A stretch of DNA of 61,396 nt, the filler included. It is 3 parts of 3 records of this genome, joined end to end, with 100 filler letters (N's around TTAATTAATTAA, not from the genome) between each part and the next. Parts side by side here need not be neighbours in the genome. Positions count along the whole stretch, not along the records: positions 1 to 25,740 come from SRR20825019_3129; 2 more parts are not named here. One strand, 5' to 3'. Shown piece after piece: positions 12,735 through 23,789 of the stretch; the first letter of the stretch is position 1; every line of letters begins with the position of its first letter. The notes beneath the pieces are model-generated. The model was given only the letters and a program-made list of their open reading frames with translations, made no database searches and was not told where the DNA came from. A program made the translations under genes and the position numbers.

Positions 12735-12920
12735 TCCTTCTGACAGGTGCCAGGGCGATGTCCGGGGCACCTTCCAAGTCTGCCACGTTAGCCGGAATTT
12801 TCCGGTTCTCGTGGCGGGCTTGTATCTGAGATACCCCTTTTTATTGAGGAGTATGTCAGATACAAGCCTGAGAAGCTTGTCCTGCCAGGCACCAAGCCAG
12901 ACACATAGAAGGGGATCCTC

Positions 12921-13649
12921 ATGCCGAAGTCGTCCAATACCCAGCCCAGATACAAACGCGTCCTGCTCAAACTCAGTGGTGAAGCCTTGATGGGCGAGCA
13001 CGATTTTGGCATTGATCCAAAAGTGCTTGATCGGATGGCATTGGATATTGGTTCGCTCATTGGCATTGGTGTTCAGGTCGGCCTGGTCGTTGGCGGCGGC
13101 AATCTGTTTCGCGGTGCGGCGTTGAACGCCGCTGGCATGGACAGGGTGACCGGCGACCATATGGGCATGCTGGCAACGGTCATGAATGGACTGGCCATGC
13201 GTGACGCCCTGGAGCGATCCAATATCCGTACCCGGGTTATGTCCGCCATCCCTATGAGTGGTATTGTTGAGCATTATGATCGCCGCCGGGCGGTACGCGA
13301 CCTGAAAGACGGCGATGTGGTGATTTTCTGTGCAGGCACCGGTAACCCGTTCTTTACGACCGACTCAGCCGCTTGTTTGCGGGGGATCGAAATTGAAGCG
13401 GATGCCGTGCTGAAGGCAACCAAGGTTGATGGCGTTTATTCCGCCGATCCCTATAAGGATCCGACTGCGGAAAAATACGATCGTCTCACCTATGACGAAG
13501 TGCTGGACAAAAAGCTGGGCGTGATGGATCTGACCGCTATATGCCTTGCGCGAGATCATGGCATGCCTCTCCGGGTCTTCGACATGAACCGCTCTGGCGC
13601 GTTGACCCGTATCGTGACCGGAGAGTCGGAAGGCACACTGATTGAATAA
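12921..13649 (+). CDS. pyrH: UMP kinase
   Basis: [31 protein letters not shown]. Confidence 0.98.
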   Translation: MPKSSNTQPRYKRVLLKLSGEALMGEHDFGIDPKVLDRMALDIGSLIGIGVQVGLVVGGGNLFRGAALNAAGMDRVTGDHMGMLATVMNGLAMRDALERSNIRTRVMSAIPMSGIVEHYDRRRAVRDLKDGDVVIFCAGTGNPFFTTDSAACLRGIEIEADAVLKATKVDGVYSADPYKDPTAEKYDRLTYDEVLDKKLGVMDLTAICLARDHGMPLRVFDMNRSGALTRIVTGESEGTLIE

Positions 13650-13691
13650 TCTGATTGAGACATTTTGTACAACGAATCCGAGGACGCTGCA

Positions 13692-14249
13692 GTGATTGAC
13701 GATATTAAAGCTGATGCTGAAAAGAAGATGAAGAAAAGCCTTGAATCCCTGAGCTGGGCTTTCAACAAGATCCGTACCGGGCGAGCACATCCGTCCATCC
13801 TGGACAGCGTAACCGTGGATTACTACGGCCAGGAGACACCGCTCAAGCAGGTGGCGAGCGTGAACGTTGAGGATAACCGTACGTTGGCTGTGTCGCCTTG
13901 GGAAAAGCCGCTGTTACCGAAGATCGAAAAAGCGATCATGATGTCGGATCTGGGTCTGAACCCGTCCAACAACGGTGAGGTTATTCGAATTCCCATGCCG
14001 ATGCTGACCGAGGAAACCCGTAAGGAAATGGTCAAGCAGGCCAGGGCTGATGCGGAGCACGGCAAGGTTTCCGTCCGCAACGCGCGTCGTGATGCCAACA
14101 GCACGCTGAAAGAGCTGCTGAAGGAAAAAGACATCAACGAAGACGAAGAGCGTTACGGTGAGGAAGAAATCCAGAAGTTGACTGACCGTTATATCGCTGA
14201 GATCGAGAAGCAGCTCAAGGCCAAGGAAGAGGACCTGATGGCTGTCTGA
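13692..14249 (+). CDS. frr: Ribosome recycling factor
   Basis: KIRTGRAHPSILD, VRNARRDAN. GTG start inferred after GAGG. Confidence 0.96.
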   Translation: MIDDIKADAEKKMKKSLESLSWAFNKIRTGRAHPSILDSVTVDYYGQETPLKQVASVNVEDNRTLAVSPWEKPLLPKIEKAIMMSDLGLNPSNNGEVIRIPMPMLTEETRKEMVKQARADAEHGKVSVRNARRDANSTLKELLKEKDINEDEERYGEEEIQKLTDRYIAEIEKQLKAKEEDLMAV

Positions 14250-14324
14250 TCAGCCGGTCCAATTCAGCACAATGATCAGCCGGTGCCATTGCAGTTGTCC
14301 GGTATCGGCTGAACAGGGGATTGC

Positions 14325-15095
14325 ATGACGGAAAGTGTATCCGCAGAGATTCCGGTTTCGGCTGGTAGCCGGCCCCGGCATGTGGCCATTATCATGGATG
14401 GTAACAATCGCTGGGCCAAAGCCCGGCGACTGAAAGGTGTCGCCGGCCACAAGGCCGGCGTGAAAGCAGTGAGATCAGTGGTTGAAACCTGTGCCCGGGA
14501 AGGGGTGGAGGTACTTACCCTGTTTGCGTTTTCCAGCGAGAACTGGCGCCGTCCCGAGGATGAAGTGTCGGCCCTGATGCGCCTGTTCCTGTTTGCGTTG
14601 GAGCGGGAAGTCAAAAAGTTGCACCGCAACGACATCTGCCTGCGCATTATCGGCGATCGCTCCGCGTTTAGTACAAACCTGCAGGAACATATGGAGCGCG
14701 CCGAGGCGCTTACTCGCGACAATACCCGGATGACGCTGGTTATCGCCGCTAATTATGGCGGGCATTGGGATATCACCCAAGCCAGTCGTAAAGTGGCTGA
14801 GAAGGTCCGTTCTGGAGAGCTGGCGCCCTCCGACATCACCGATGACCTTATTCAGCAACATCTGTCTATTGGTGACTTGCCCATGCCGGACCTGATGATT
14901 CGTACGGCTGGCGAGCAACGCATCAGCAACTTCATGCTCTGGCACCTGGCCTATACCGAACTGTATTTTTCTCCCGTTTACTGGCCCGATTTCCAGGCGC
15001 AGGAAATGGGGCAGGCGTTGCAGGCATATGCGGGTCGGAAACGCCGTTTTGGTCAGACAGACGACCAGATAGCCAGCGTTTCGTCAGAACAATAA
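14325..15095 (+). CDS. uppS: Undecaprenyl diphosphate synthase
   Basis: HVAIIMDGNNRW, FAFSSENWRR, IRTAGEQRISNF. Confidence 0.97.
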   Translation: MTESVSAEIPVSAGSRPRHVAIIMDGNNRWAKARRLKGVAGHKAGVKAVRSVVETCAREGVEVLTLFAFSSENWRRPEDEVSALMRLFLFALEREVKKLHRNDICLRIIGDRSAFSTNLQEHMERAEALTRDNTRMTLVIAANYGGHWDITQASRKVAEKVRSGELAPSDITDDLIQQHLSIGDLPMPDLMIRTAGEQRISNFMLWHLAYTELYFSPVYWPDFQAQEMGQALQAYAGRKRRFGQTDDQIASVSSEQ

Positions 15096-15117
15096 CGACA
15101 AGATAGCGAACGATATC

Positions 15118-15957
15118 GTGCTTAAAACCCGTATTATTACCGCGCTTATCCTGGCCCCCATCGCGATTGGCGGAATTTTCTTCCTGCCGCCCCTGGGGTT
15201 CGCCCTGTTTACCGGGGCCATTATTACCGTTGGTGCCTGGGAGTGGGCCAACATGTCCGGCCTGACTGCGCCCGCGGCCCGTGTTGTATATGCCCTTGTG
15301 GTCGCGGCGGTGCTGTACGGACTGCTGAACGTTCCGGCAGTTGCGGTGCTTTGGCTGGCATTGTTCTGGTGGGTACTGAGTTTCCTGCTGGTAAGAAACT
15401 ACCCCGGCGGTTCAGAGCGCTGGGGCGGCGTGCCTGCCCGTGCCCTGATGGGCCTGTTGGTGCTGGTTCCCGCGTGGGTAGGGCTTAACCATCTTCGCAC
15501 TGGCGGCTTTCAGTTCGGCGACAGTGCCAATAACCTCCTACTGATTCTTTATGTTTTCTGCGTGGTCTGGGTCGCGGATATCGGCGCCTATTTTGCCGGC
15601 CGTGCGTTTGGCAAAGCGAAGCTTGCACCCAGGGTCAGTCCGGGAAAATCCTGGGCGGGTGTCTGGGGTGGTCTGGTGGCGGTCGCGATCTTCGCAATTG
15701 TGATCAGTGTGCTGGCCTCAGCCACCACCATGCAGTTGCTGCTTCTGGTTGTTGCCAGCCTGATTACCGGTGCCGTTTCCGTGCTTGGCGATCTGCTGGA
15801 AAGCATGCTGAAACGTTTCAGGGGTATTAAGGATAGCAGTCAGCTATTGCCGGGCCATGGCGGTATCATGGACAGAATCGACAGCCTGACGGCTGCCATC
15901 CCGGTGTTCGCCCTGATCATCACGCTGATGGGTTGGTTGACGACGGGGCAATGGTGA
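15118..15957 (+). CDS. cdsA: Phosphatidate cytidylyltransferase
   Basis: Hydrophobic protein with SPGKSWAG and [25 protein letters not shown]. Confidence 0.96.
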   Translation: MLKTRIITALILAPIAIGGIFFLPPLGFALFTGAIITVGAWEWANMSGLTAPAARVVYALVVAAVLYGLLNVPAVAVLWLALFWWVLSFLLVRNYPGGSERWGGVPARALMGLLVLVPAWVGLNHLRTGGFQFGDSANNLLLILYVFCVVWVADIGAYFAGRAFGKAKLAPRVSPGKSWAGVWGGLVAVAIFAIVISVLASATTMQLLLLVVASLITGAVSVLGDLLESMLKRFRGIKDSSQLLPGHGGIMDRIDSLTAAIPVFALIITLMGWLTTGQW

Positions 15958-17144
15958 CTATTGTGAAACGTCGTGTTTCGATACTTGGTGCGACGGGCTC
16001 CATTGGCCTGAGTACACTCGATGTGATTCGTCGCCACCCGGACCGGTTTTCGGTTTCAGCGCTAACCGCCAGTACCAGTGTCGACAGCATGGTGGAACTC
16101 TGCCATGAGTTTCGTCCGAGGTATGCGGTCATGGCCGATGAAAATGCGGCTGAAGCGTTGTCCCGTGCGTTAAGTGATTTGCCTGCCGTCCTGGTTCTCG
16201 GCGGCTCGGAAGCGTTATGCCAGGTTGCGGGCGATGATGATTCCGATACGGTTATGGCGGCGATCGTTGGAGCCGTGGGATTACCGCCTACGCTTGCTGC
16301 AGTGAGGGCGGGTAAGCGCGTTTTGCTTGCCAACAAGGAAGCACTGGTTATGTCGGGCAAGCTGTTTATGGATGCCGTTCTGGCGTCGGGTGCAGACGTT
16401 CTGCCGATCGACAGTGAACATAACGCCATCTTCCAATGTATGCCGCCGGACAAGATCCGGGATACCCGTGGTGCGGGTATTACTCGCATTCTGCTTACTG
16501 CCTCCGGTGGGCCGTTTCGTACTCACTCGGCCGAATCCCTGCGCAATGTGCTGCCTGCCGAGGCCTGCAATCACCCCAACTGGTCGATGGGGCAGAAGAT
16601 CTCAGTCGATTCCGCGACCTTGATGAACAAGGGGCTGGAGCTGATAGAAGCATGCTGGCTGTTCAATACCACGCCGGAAATGATTGAAGTGCATGTCCAC
16701 CCGGAGAGCATCATTCATTCGATGGTTGAGTACGCCGATGGGTCCGTTCTGGCGCAGCTTGGTAGTCCCGACATGCGCACACCCATTGCTAACGGTCTCG
16801 CGTGGCCCGAAAGAATTGAAGCCGGTGTTGCTCCGCTGGATCTGTTTCGCATCGGGCAGTTTCACTTTGAGCGCCCGGACCTGGAGCGCTTTCCGTGCCT
16901 GAGGTTAGCAGCGGAGGCGTTCCACGAGGGTGGAACGGCACCAGCGGTAATGAATGCTGCGAACGAAGAGGCTGTGTCGGCCTTTCTTTCCGGTAACCTG
17001 TGTTTTGCGGATATCCCCCTTATCATAGAGCGTACGTTGGCAGCCACCGAGGTTGTACCGGCAGACAGTTTCGATACCATCTTCGCGAAGGATGCCGAGG
17101 GCAGGGCTGTCGCACGGGAACAGATACAGGCGCTGGCTGTCTGA
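15951..17144 (+). CDS. dxr: 1-deoxy-D-xylulose-5-phosphate reductoisomerase (start 15951 or 15963)
   Basis: [45 protein letters not shown]. Confidence 0.96.
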   Translation: MVTIVKRRVSILGATGSIGLSTLDVIRRHPDRFSVSALTASTSVDSMVELCHEFRPRYAVMADENAAEALSRALSDLPAVLVLGGSEALCQVAGDDDSDTVMAAIVGAVGLPPTLAAVRAGKRVLLANKEALVMSGKLFMDAVLASGADVLPIDSEHNAIFQCMPPDKIRDTRGAGITRILLTASGGPFRTHSAESLRNVLPAEACNHPNWSMGQKISVDSATLMNKGLELIEACWLFNTTPEMIEVHVHPESIIHSMVEYADGSVLAQLGSPDMRTPIANGLAWPERIEAGVAPLDLFRIGQFHFERPDLERFPCLRLAAEAFHEGGTAPAVMNAANEEAVSAFLSGNLCFADIPLIIERTLAATEVVPADSFDTIFAKDAEGRAVAREQIQALAV

Positions 17145-17193
17145 ACCATGCGAGTCCTGAGAGGCGGTTCTATCATCACCAACAGAGAGCATT

Positions 17194-18543
17194 ATGCAGA
17201 TCGTTGAAACCGTATTGGCGTTGATACTCACGCTGGGCATTCTGGTGACGCTCCATGAAGCTGGTCACTTTTGGGTGGCTCGCCGCTGCGGTGTCAAGGT
17301 TTTGCGGTTTTCTGTTGGTTTCGGGAAGCCTCTGTTTTCGTGGTACGACCGGCAGGGCACCGAGTTTGCGGTTGCGGCGATCCCTCTCGGTGGCTACGTG
17401 AAAATGCTGGATGAGCGGGAAGGGCCGGTGCCCGAAGAGCTCAAGGATCAGGCGTTCAATGCCAAGCCCCCATCGAAACGTATCGCTATTGCTGCCGCTG
17501 GGCCCATAGCGAATTTCCTGTTTGCCATTGCTGCCTACTGGCTGCTCAGCGTGGTTGGTTTCACCACGGTTGCGCCCATTGTAGGCGACGTCAGTCAGGG
17601 GAGTGTCGCGGAACGGGTCGGGCTCACCAGCGGCATGGAAATCCACCAGGTCGACGGCCGTCGTGTGACATCCTGGCGCGACGTGAACATGCGCTTGCTT
17701 GAGCGCACGGGTGAGTTTGGTGAGGTAACCATCGATGTCTCGCAGAACGGTAACCGCGGGACTCTGCGGGGAGCTCTGGATGGCTGGAGTCTAAGTGAGG
17801 ACACGCCGAACCCGTTGAATGAGTTTGGTGTGACGCCCTGGCGGCCCGACGTACCGGCAGTGCTGGGGGAGATATCACCGGGTGGCCGGGCTGAGGCCGG
17901 CGGGTTGAAATCCGGCGACCGAGTGGTTGAGGTGGACGGCAAGCCAGTAGCGGACTGGTTCGAACTGGTGGCTTTCATACGCGAGGCGCCCGAAAAGCCC
18001 CTGGAGCTAACGGTCGAACGCGATGGCCGCATGGAACAAATCCGTGTGACGCCCGCGGAAAGAACGGCAGACGATGGCAGTGTTACCGGTTTTGTGGGTG
18101 CGGGTGTCAGCGAGGTGACCTGGCCTGATCACGTACTCAGGGATGTCAGTTATGGTCCCCTGGCAGCGATTCCCAACGCGGTTTCCGAAACCTGGGGTGA
18201 CACTCGATTGACCCTGGTCGCGATCAAAAAAATGGTGACCGGATTGCTTTCTCCCACTAACCTTAGTGGCCCGATTACCATTGCCAGGATAGCGGAAGCC
18301 AGTGTAAGTTCCGGTTTCGAAGACTTTATTCGTTTTCTTGCCTACCTCAGTGTCAGTCTTGGGGTGCTGAACCTTCTGCCAATACCGGTTCTTGATGGTG
18401 GGCATATTGTCTATTACACCATTGAAGCCATCCGCCGGAAGCCTCTATCAGAGCAGGCCCAGGCGTTCGGACTGCGTATTGGAATGGCAATGATCCTTAC
18501 ATTAATGGTGTTCGCACTTTACAACGACCTGATGCGGTTGTGA
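17194..18543 (+). CDS. rseP: RIP metalloprotease RseP
   Basis: HEAGH zinc motif, two PDZ-like regions, NLLPIPVLDGGH. Confidence 0.96.
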   Translation: MQIVETVLALILTLGILVTLHEAGHFWVARRCGVKVLRFSVGFGKPLFSWYDRQGTEFAVAAIPLGGYVKMLDEREGPVPEELKDQAFNAKPPSKRIAIAAAGPIANFLFAIAAYWLLSVVGFTTVAPIVGDVSQGSVAERVGLTSGMEIHQVDGRRVTSWRDVNMRLLERTGEFGEVTIDVSQNGNRGTLRGALDGWSLSEDTPNPLNEFGVTPWRPDVPAVLGEISPGGRAEAGGLKSGDRVVEVDGKPVADWFELVAFIREAPEKPLELTVERDGRMEQIRVTPAERTADDGSVTGFVGAGVSEVTWPDHVLRDVSYGPLAAIPNAVSETWGDTRLTLVAIKKMVTGLLSPTNLSGPITIARIAEASVSSGFEDFIRFLAYLSVSLGVLNLLPIPVLDGGHIVYYTIEAIRRKPLSEQAQAFGLRIGMAMILTLMVFALYNDLMRL

Positions 18544-18586
18544 GAATTGCGAACTCCTTACGCGCATCAACAGGCGAAATTATTGA

Positions 18587-20905
18587 ATGAGACGTTCTCT
18601 TCTGGGTATAGCTGTAGGCTTGGTAGTCGCCACCTCAACCATAAAACCGGCACTGGCTGATGAATTCACCGTATCCGATATCGAGGTAGAAGGCCTTCAG
18701 CGGGTATCCGCAGGGACGGTATTTTCCGCATTTCCCGTTTCGATCGGGGAGCCGGTCGATGAGGTGGAGCTGTCCGATGCGATCAAAGACCTGTTTCGCA
18801 CCGGCCTGTTTACCGATATCAAAGCCAGCCGTGATGGTGGTGTGCTGATCCTTACGGTTCAGGAGCGACCTTCAATCACGTCCATAGACATTGAAGGCAA
18901 CAAGAACATCGAAACCCCCATGCTGATGGATGCGCTATCCGGAGCGGGTCTCCAGGAGGGGCAGGTATTTCGCAGGGCGACCCTTGAGCGACTGGAGCTT
19001 GAGATTCTCCGGTCCTACATCAGTCAGGGTCGTTACAACGCGCGGGTGAAAGCCACCGCCGAGGACCTTCCCCGCAATCGCGTTGCCATCAAGCTGGACA
19101 TTAACGAAGGTACGGTTGCGGCTATCCAGCACATCAATATTGTGGGTAACGACGCGTTTGACGACGAGCGGCTGCTGGATCTGTTTGAGCTCCAGACCAC
19201 CAGTTGGTGGAATTCCATCACCAGTGCTGACAAGTATGCCCGGGAGCGCCTGAGCGGCGACCTGGAGTCACTGCGGTCCTTCTACCTTGACCGCGGCTAC
19301 ATCGACTTTACGGTTGAGTCCAGCCAGGTCTCGATATCCCCCGACAAGAAACAGGTGTTTATTGCCATCTCGTTGAACGAGGGGCCTCAATACACGGTGT
19401 CAGACGTCAACCTGCGCGGTGAGCTGATCGTACCTGAGGAAGAGCTGCGGGAGCTTATTCCCATTGAAGAGGGCGACGTGTTCTCTCGTTCCCGGATGAC
19501 GGCGATTTCGGAAGCGCTTTCCCGTCGTCTTGGCCGCGAAGGTTATGCGTTTGCAAACGTGAATGCGGTGCCGGAGCCTGCCGATGACAATACAGCGTCA
19601 GTAACCTTCTTCGTGGAGCCTGGTAAGCGGGCGTATGTCCGGCGCATCAATTTTGATGGCAACGTCTCCACCCGGGACGATGTGTTGCGCCAGGAAATGA
19701 CCCAGATGGAAGGTGGCGTCGCCTCCACCGACCGGATCGAATTCTCGAAAACAAAGTTGGAGCGGCTTGGCTTCTTCGAAACCGTCGATGTGGAGACGGT
19801 TCCTGTGCCCGGTACGGATGATTTGGTGGACGTTAACTATTCCGTGGCGGAACAGGCAACCGGCAGTCTGTCGGCGTCTGTCGGCTTCTCGCAGGCCTCC
19901 GGGGTAATCCTGGGCGCTAACGTGTCCGAGAACAACTTCTTTGGCAGCGGCAAGCGTGTCTCCTTTGGCGTCAACGTCAGTGACTCCATCAAGAGTGCCA
20001 ATTTTTCCTACCAGGACCCATACTACACCGTGGATGGCGTCAGCCGTGGTTTCAGCGTGTTTGCCCGTGAAACCGACTTTGAAGAACAGGATATTTCCTC
20101 TTACCTGCTGGATGAGTACGGCGGCCGCCTCACCTTCGGTTATCCTACGGACAACATTACCCGCCTTAATTTCGGGCTTGGTTATACGTTGTCCAAGGTG
20201 AAGGAGGGTGCATTCACCTCAGAAGAGGTCAAAACCTTCATTGATGAAGAAGGCAACGATTTCAACAACTATTTCCTGTTCGGTTCGTGGCGGCGCAGCA
20301 CACTAAATAGGGGTGTTCTTCCAACGGACGGCTATAGCCTGTCGTTATCCGCTGATGTAGCGGTGCCCGGCAGCGACCTGACATTCTATAAGCTGAATCA
20401 GAAAACCGAGTTCTACCAACCACTGAACGATAATCAGACCTGGGTATTCAGGGCGCGTTCGGAGATTGGTTACGGGGACGGTTACAACGGCCGAAGCGTG
20501 ATGCCGTTCTACGAGCACTTCTACGCCGGTGGCTATGGTTCGGTGCGCGGATATGAGGCAAACTCTCTCGGCCCACTTGCTACCAATGCGCCGAACGACT
20601 TCTCTGATCCGGACCCCTTCGGTGGTAGCTTGTTGACGGAAGGCAGCCTGGAACTGATTTTCCCCACACCGTTTGCTGGGGATACCCGTTCCATGAGAAC
20701 CGCGTTCTTCGTGGATGCGGGGCAGGTTTTTGATGCCGATAGGAATTTTGATCCGGCCCTGGATGAAATTCGCCTGTCGGCCGGTGTAGGATTCCAGTGG
20801 ATCACGGCAGTAGGACCGCTGGCGTTCAGTCTTGCCAAACCCTTGAACGACAAGAGCGGTGATGACACTCAGGTGTTCCAGTTCTCCCTCGGCCAGACCT
20901 TCTGA
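18587..20905 (+). CDS. bamA: Outer membrane protein assembly factor BamA
   Basis: Signal peptide, POTRA repeats, VRGY motif, C-terminal FQFSLGQTF. Confidence 0.97.
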   Translation: MRRSLLGIAVGLVVATSTIKPALADEFTVSDIEVEGLQRVSAGTVFSAFPVSIGEPVDEVELSDAIKDLFRTGLFTDIKASRDGGVLILTVQERPSITSIDIEGNKNIETPMLMDALSGAGLQEGQVFRRATLERLELEILRSYISQGRYNARVKATAEDLPRNRVAIKLDINEGTVAAIQHINIVGNDAFDDERLLDLFELQTTSWWNSITSADKYARERLSGDLESLRSFYLDRGYIDFTVESSQVSISPDKKQVFIAISLNEGPQYTVSDVNLRGELIVPEEELRELIPIEEGDVFSRSRMTAISEALSRRLGREGYAFANVNAVPEPADDNTASVTFFVEPGKRAYVRRINFDGNVSTRDDVLRQEMTQMEGGVASTDRIEFSKTKLERLGFFETVDVETVPVPGTDDLVDVNYSVAEQATGSLSASVGFSQASGVILGANVSENNFFGSGKRVSFGVNVSDSIKSANFSYQDPYYTVDGVSRGFSVFARETDFEEQDISSYLLDEYGGRLTFGYPTDNITRLNFGLGYTLSKVKEGAFTSEEVKTFIDEEGNDFNNYFLFGSWRRSTLNRGVLPTDGYSLSLSADVAVPGSDLTFYKLNQKTEFYQPLNDNQTWVFRARSEIGYGDGYNGRSVMPFYEHFYAGGYGSVRGYEANSLGPLATNAPNDFSDPDPFGGSLLTEGSLELIFPTPFAGDTRSMRTAFFVDAGQVFDADRNFDPALDEIRLSAGVGFQWITAVGPLAFSLAKPLNDKSGDDTQVFQFSLGQTF

Positions 20906-20956
20906 TCGTCAGGGCCGGAGGGGGTGCGAAAGACAATGATAAACAGGAGAAATAAC

Positions 20957-21454
20957 ATGTTCCGATATTCCGTTGCAGCGATTCTGTCAATGCTGCTGAT
21001 CGCATTCCCGGCTGCTGCCGAAACCAGAATAGGTGTGGTTGACCTTCGCCAGGCCTTGTTCTCGTCCAGCGATGCGCGCGCGTTCAGCGAGACACTGCAG
21101 AAAGATTTCGCTGGAGAGGAAGCCAAGGTTCGTGAAGCCCAGGAGGCCGCCCGCAAGCTCAAGGAACGGCTTGAGAAAGACGGTGCCATGATGAATGAGT
21201 CCGAGCGCCAACAGATGGCTGCTGAGTTCCAGGAGAAAGTTAAGGAATTCAATTTCCTCAAGCAGCGCCTGGACTCCACTGTGGCCAATCGCAAGCAACA
21301 GTTCCTCGAAGAAGCCCGCCCGGAGGTAGACGCAGCGGTTAAGGAGCTCCTGGAAGAGAACAATCTGGACATGATCCTGCCCAGCGAGGCGGTGGTGTAT
21401 GTCAAGCCTGAAATGAATCTGACAGAAGAGTTGCTAGAGAAACTGGACCGCTGA
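20957..21454 (+). CDS. skp: Skp/OmpH periplasmic chaperone
   Basis: Signal peptide, RIGVVD and a coiled-coil body. Lies between bamA and lpxD; AGGAG before ATG 20957. Confidence 0.9.
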   Translation: MFRYSVAAILSMLLIAFPAAAETRIGVVDLRQALFSSSDARAFSETLQKDFAGEEAKVREAQEAARKLKERLEKDGAMMNESERQQMAAEFQEKVKEFNFLKQRLDSTVANRKQQFLEEARPEVDAAVKELLEENNLDMILPSEAVVYVKPEMNLTEELLEKLDR

Positions 21455-21504
21455 TACGGAGGGCCGGATAATGGCCCGCCCGGATAAACCTTGTGGAGCT
21501 GACA

Positions 21505-22530
21505 ATGACAAAGCGTTCGTACCGGCTGGGCGACATTGCTTCTGAGCTTGGCGCGGAGCTCAAGGGCAATCCCGATACGGAAATCAACGGGCTTGCGACG
21601 CTTCAGGCGGCTTCTCCGGGCCAGATAGCCTTCCTGGCCAACCCGTCGTATGGTCGCTACCTGACGGAGACCAGCGCTTCAGCGGTTATACTCTCGCAAT
21701 CGACTGCGGACCAGTGTCCTACCAACGTCCTGTTACTGGATAACCCCTACCTCGGCTATGCTCGCCTGAGCCATTGGTTTGACCCGGCGCCGGTTCCAGA
21801 GCCTGGTATTCACCCGTCGGCCGTTGTGGCGTCTTCCGCGAGGGTCTCGGATACGGCCTGCATCGGCCCTCAGGCTGTTATTGAGGCTGAGGCTGTCGTG
21901 GGCGAAAACGTTGTCGTGGGCGCCGGCTGTGTTATTGGAGCCCGGTGTCAGATTGGCGAGCAGACTATACTGCGTCCACGGGTAACCCTGGCCCACGATA
22001 TCGTTATGGGGATGCGTTGCCATATCCTCAGTGGTGCGGTCATCGGTTCCGACGGTTTCGGGTTTGCTAATGAGAAAGGAGCCTGGCATCGAATAGCCCA
22101 ACTTGGCCGGGTCATTCTGGGGGACGATGTTGAAGTGGGTGCGAACACCACAATTGATCGGGGAGCCTTGGACGACACGATCATTGGCGATGGCGTGAAG
22201 CTCGATAACCTGATTCAGATTGCGCACAACGTCAGTATTGGTGATCACAGTGCCATGGCGGCGATGGTGGGTATCGCGGGTAGCACACGTATTGGCAGCC
22301 ACTGTGTTTTTGGCGGCCAATCGGGTGTGGCAGGGCACCTTACGATTGCGGATCAGGTCCACCTGACCGGCATGACGCTGGTTTCTGGTGACATTCGGGA
22401 GCCCGGTGTGTATTCGTCTGGAACCAGCGCCGACAGCAACCGGCAATGGCGTAAAAATGCTGTGCGTTTCCGTCAGCTTGATGCCTTGGCGCGTCGGCTT
22501 AAAGAACTGGAAAAGAAAATGGAAGGCTGA
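21505..22530 (+). CDS. lpxD: UDP-3-O-acylglucosamine N-acyltransferase
   Basis: Hexapeptide repeats, [25 protein letters not shown]. Confidence 0.96.
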   Translation: MTKRSYRLGDIASELGAELKGNPDTEINGLATLQAASPGQIAFLANPSYGRYLTETSASAVILSQSTADQCPTNVLLLDNPYLGYARLSHWFDPAPVPEPGIHPSAVVASSARVSDTACIGPQAVIEAEAVVGENVVVGAGCVIGARCQIGEQTILRPRVTLAHDIVMGMRCHILSGAVIGSDGFGFANEKGAWHRIAQLGRVILGDDVEVGANTTIDRGALDDTIIGDGVKLDNLIQIAHNVSIGDHSAMAAMVGIAGSTRIGSHCVFGGQSGVAGHLTIADQVHLTGMTLVSGDIREPGVYSSGTSADSNRQWRKNAVRFRQLDALARRLKELEKKMEG

Positions 22531-22541
22531 GGCCGCTACTG

Positions 22542-22979
22542 ATGATGTATATCGACGAGATCATGGAATACCTGCCCCATCGCTACCCGTTTTTGCTGGT
22601 TGATCGGGTAACAGAGCTGGAAAAAGGACAATTCATCAAGGGCTATAAGAATATCTCCCTTAATGAGCCTTTTTTTACCGGCCACTTTCCCAATAACCCC
22701 ATTATGCCGGGCGTGCTGATCATCGAAGCCATGGCGCAGCTTTCAGGTATTCTCGGCTTTGTGACGGTTGGCCGGAAACCCTCAGACGGCGTGGTACAAT
22801 ACCTGGCTGGTTCCAGTAAAGCGCGTTTCAAGCGCCCCGTGGTGCCGGGGGACAGGCTGTGCATGGAGTCACAGGTTATTTCCGGAAAGCGTGGAATCTA
22901 TAAATTCGAGTGCCGCGCACTGGTTGATGATGAAGTCGTCTGTGTGGCAGAAATATTGACCGCTGAGAGAGAAGTTTGA
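22542..22979 (+). CDS. fabZ: 3-hydroxyacyl-ACP dehydratase
   Basis: [31 protein letters not shown]. Confidence 0.97.
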   Translation: MMYIDEIMEYLPHRYPFLLVDRVTELEKGQFIKGYKNISLNEPFFTGHFPNNPIMPGVLIIEAMAQLSGILGFVTVGRKPSDGVVQYLAGSSKARFKRPVVPGDRLCMESQVISGKRGIYKFECRALVDDEVVCVAEILTAEREV

Positions 22980-23770
22980 TGGCGACAAAAGAATGGTCGG
23001 GAGTCCATCCTCAGGCGATTGTGGACCCCTCTGCCAAGCTTGCCGACAACGTAACGGTTGGCCCATGGAGCTACATCGGCCCGAACGTTGAGATCGGAGA
23101 GGGGACTGAAGTGATGTCCCACGTGGTCATCAAGGGCCCAACGAGAATCGGCCGCAATAACCGCATATTTCAGTTTTCCAGTGTCGGGGAAGAATGCCAG
23201 GACAAAAAATACGCGGGTGAGCCAACCACGCTGGTTATTGGTGATGACAATATCATCCGTGAGAACTGCACCATTCATCGGGGCACGGTTCAGGATCGTG
23301 GTGAAACCTGTATCGGCAATGGCAATCTGCTCATGGCCTACGTGCATGTGGCGCATGACTGCATTATTGGCAATAACACCATCCTGGCCAATTGTGCGAC
23401 ATTGGCCGGCCATGTGTCCGTTGGTGACTTCGCGATACTGGGTGGCGGCACCATGGTTCATCAGTTCTGTCACATTGGAACCCACAGCATGAGTGCTGGT
23501 GGAAGTATTGTGCTGAAAGACATCCCTGCGTACATCATGGCAAGCGGGCAATCTGCACAGCCGTTTGGCATGAACGTGGAAGGCTTGCGCCGCCGTGGTT
23601 TCAGCAAGGAGGTGTTGTTGGCACTCCGTCGTGCTTACAAGGTTATCTATCGTCAGGGCCTGACTACGGAACAAGCCGTTGAAGAGCTCGAAAAAGCCTA
23701 CTCCGATATTCCCGAAGTGACGCCCCTGATCGATTCCCTTCGTGGTGCACACCGCGGCATCATCCGCTAA
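22979..23770 (+). CDS. lpxA: UDP-N-acetylglucosamine O-acyltransferase
   Basis: Hexapeptide repeats, QDKKY, HVAHDC, VHQF. Confidence 0.97.
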   Translation: MATKEWSGVHPQAIVDPSAKLADNVTVGPWSYIGPNVEIGEGTEVMSHVVIKGPTRIGRNNRIFQFSSVGEECQDKKYAGEPTTLVIGDDNIIRENCTIHRGTVQDRGETCIGNGNLLMAYVHVAHDCIIGNNTILANCATLAGHVSVGDFAILGGGTMVHQFCHIGTHSMSAGGSIVLKDIPAYIMASGQSAQPFGMNVEGLRRRGFSKEVLLALRRAYKVIYRQGLTTEQAVEELEKAYSDIPEVTPLIDSLRGAHRGIIR

Positions 23771-23789
23771 CCAGGGAGTGAATGCCCCG

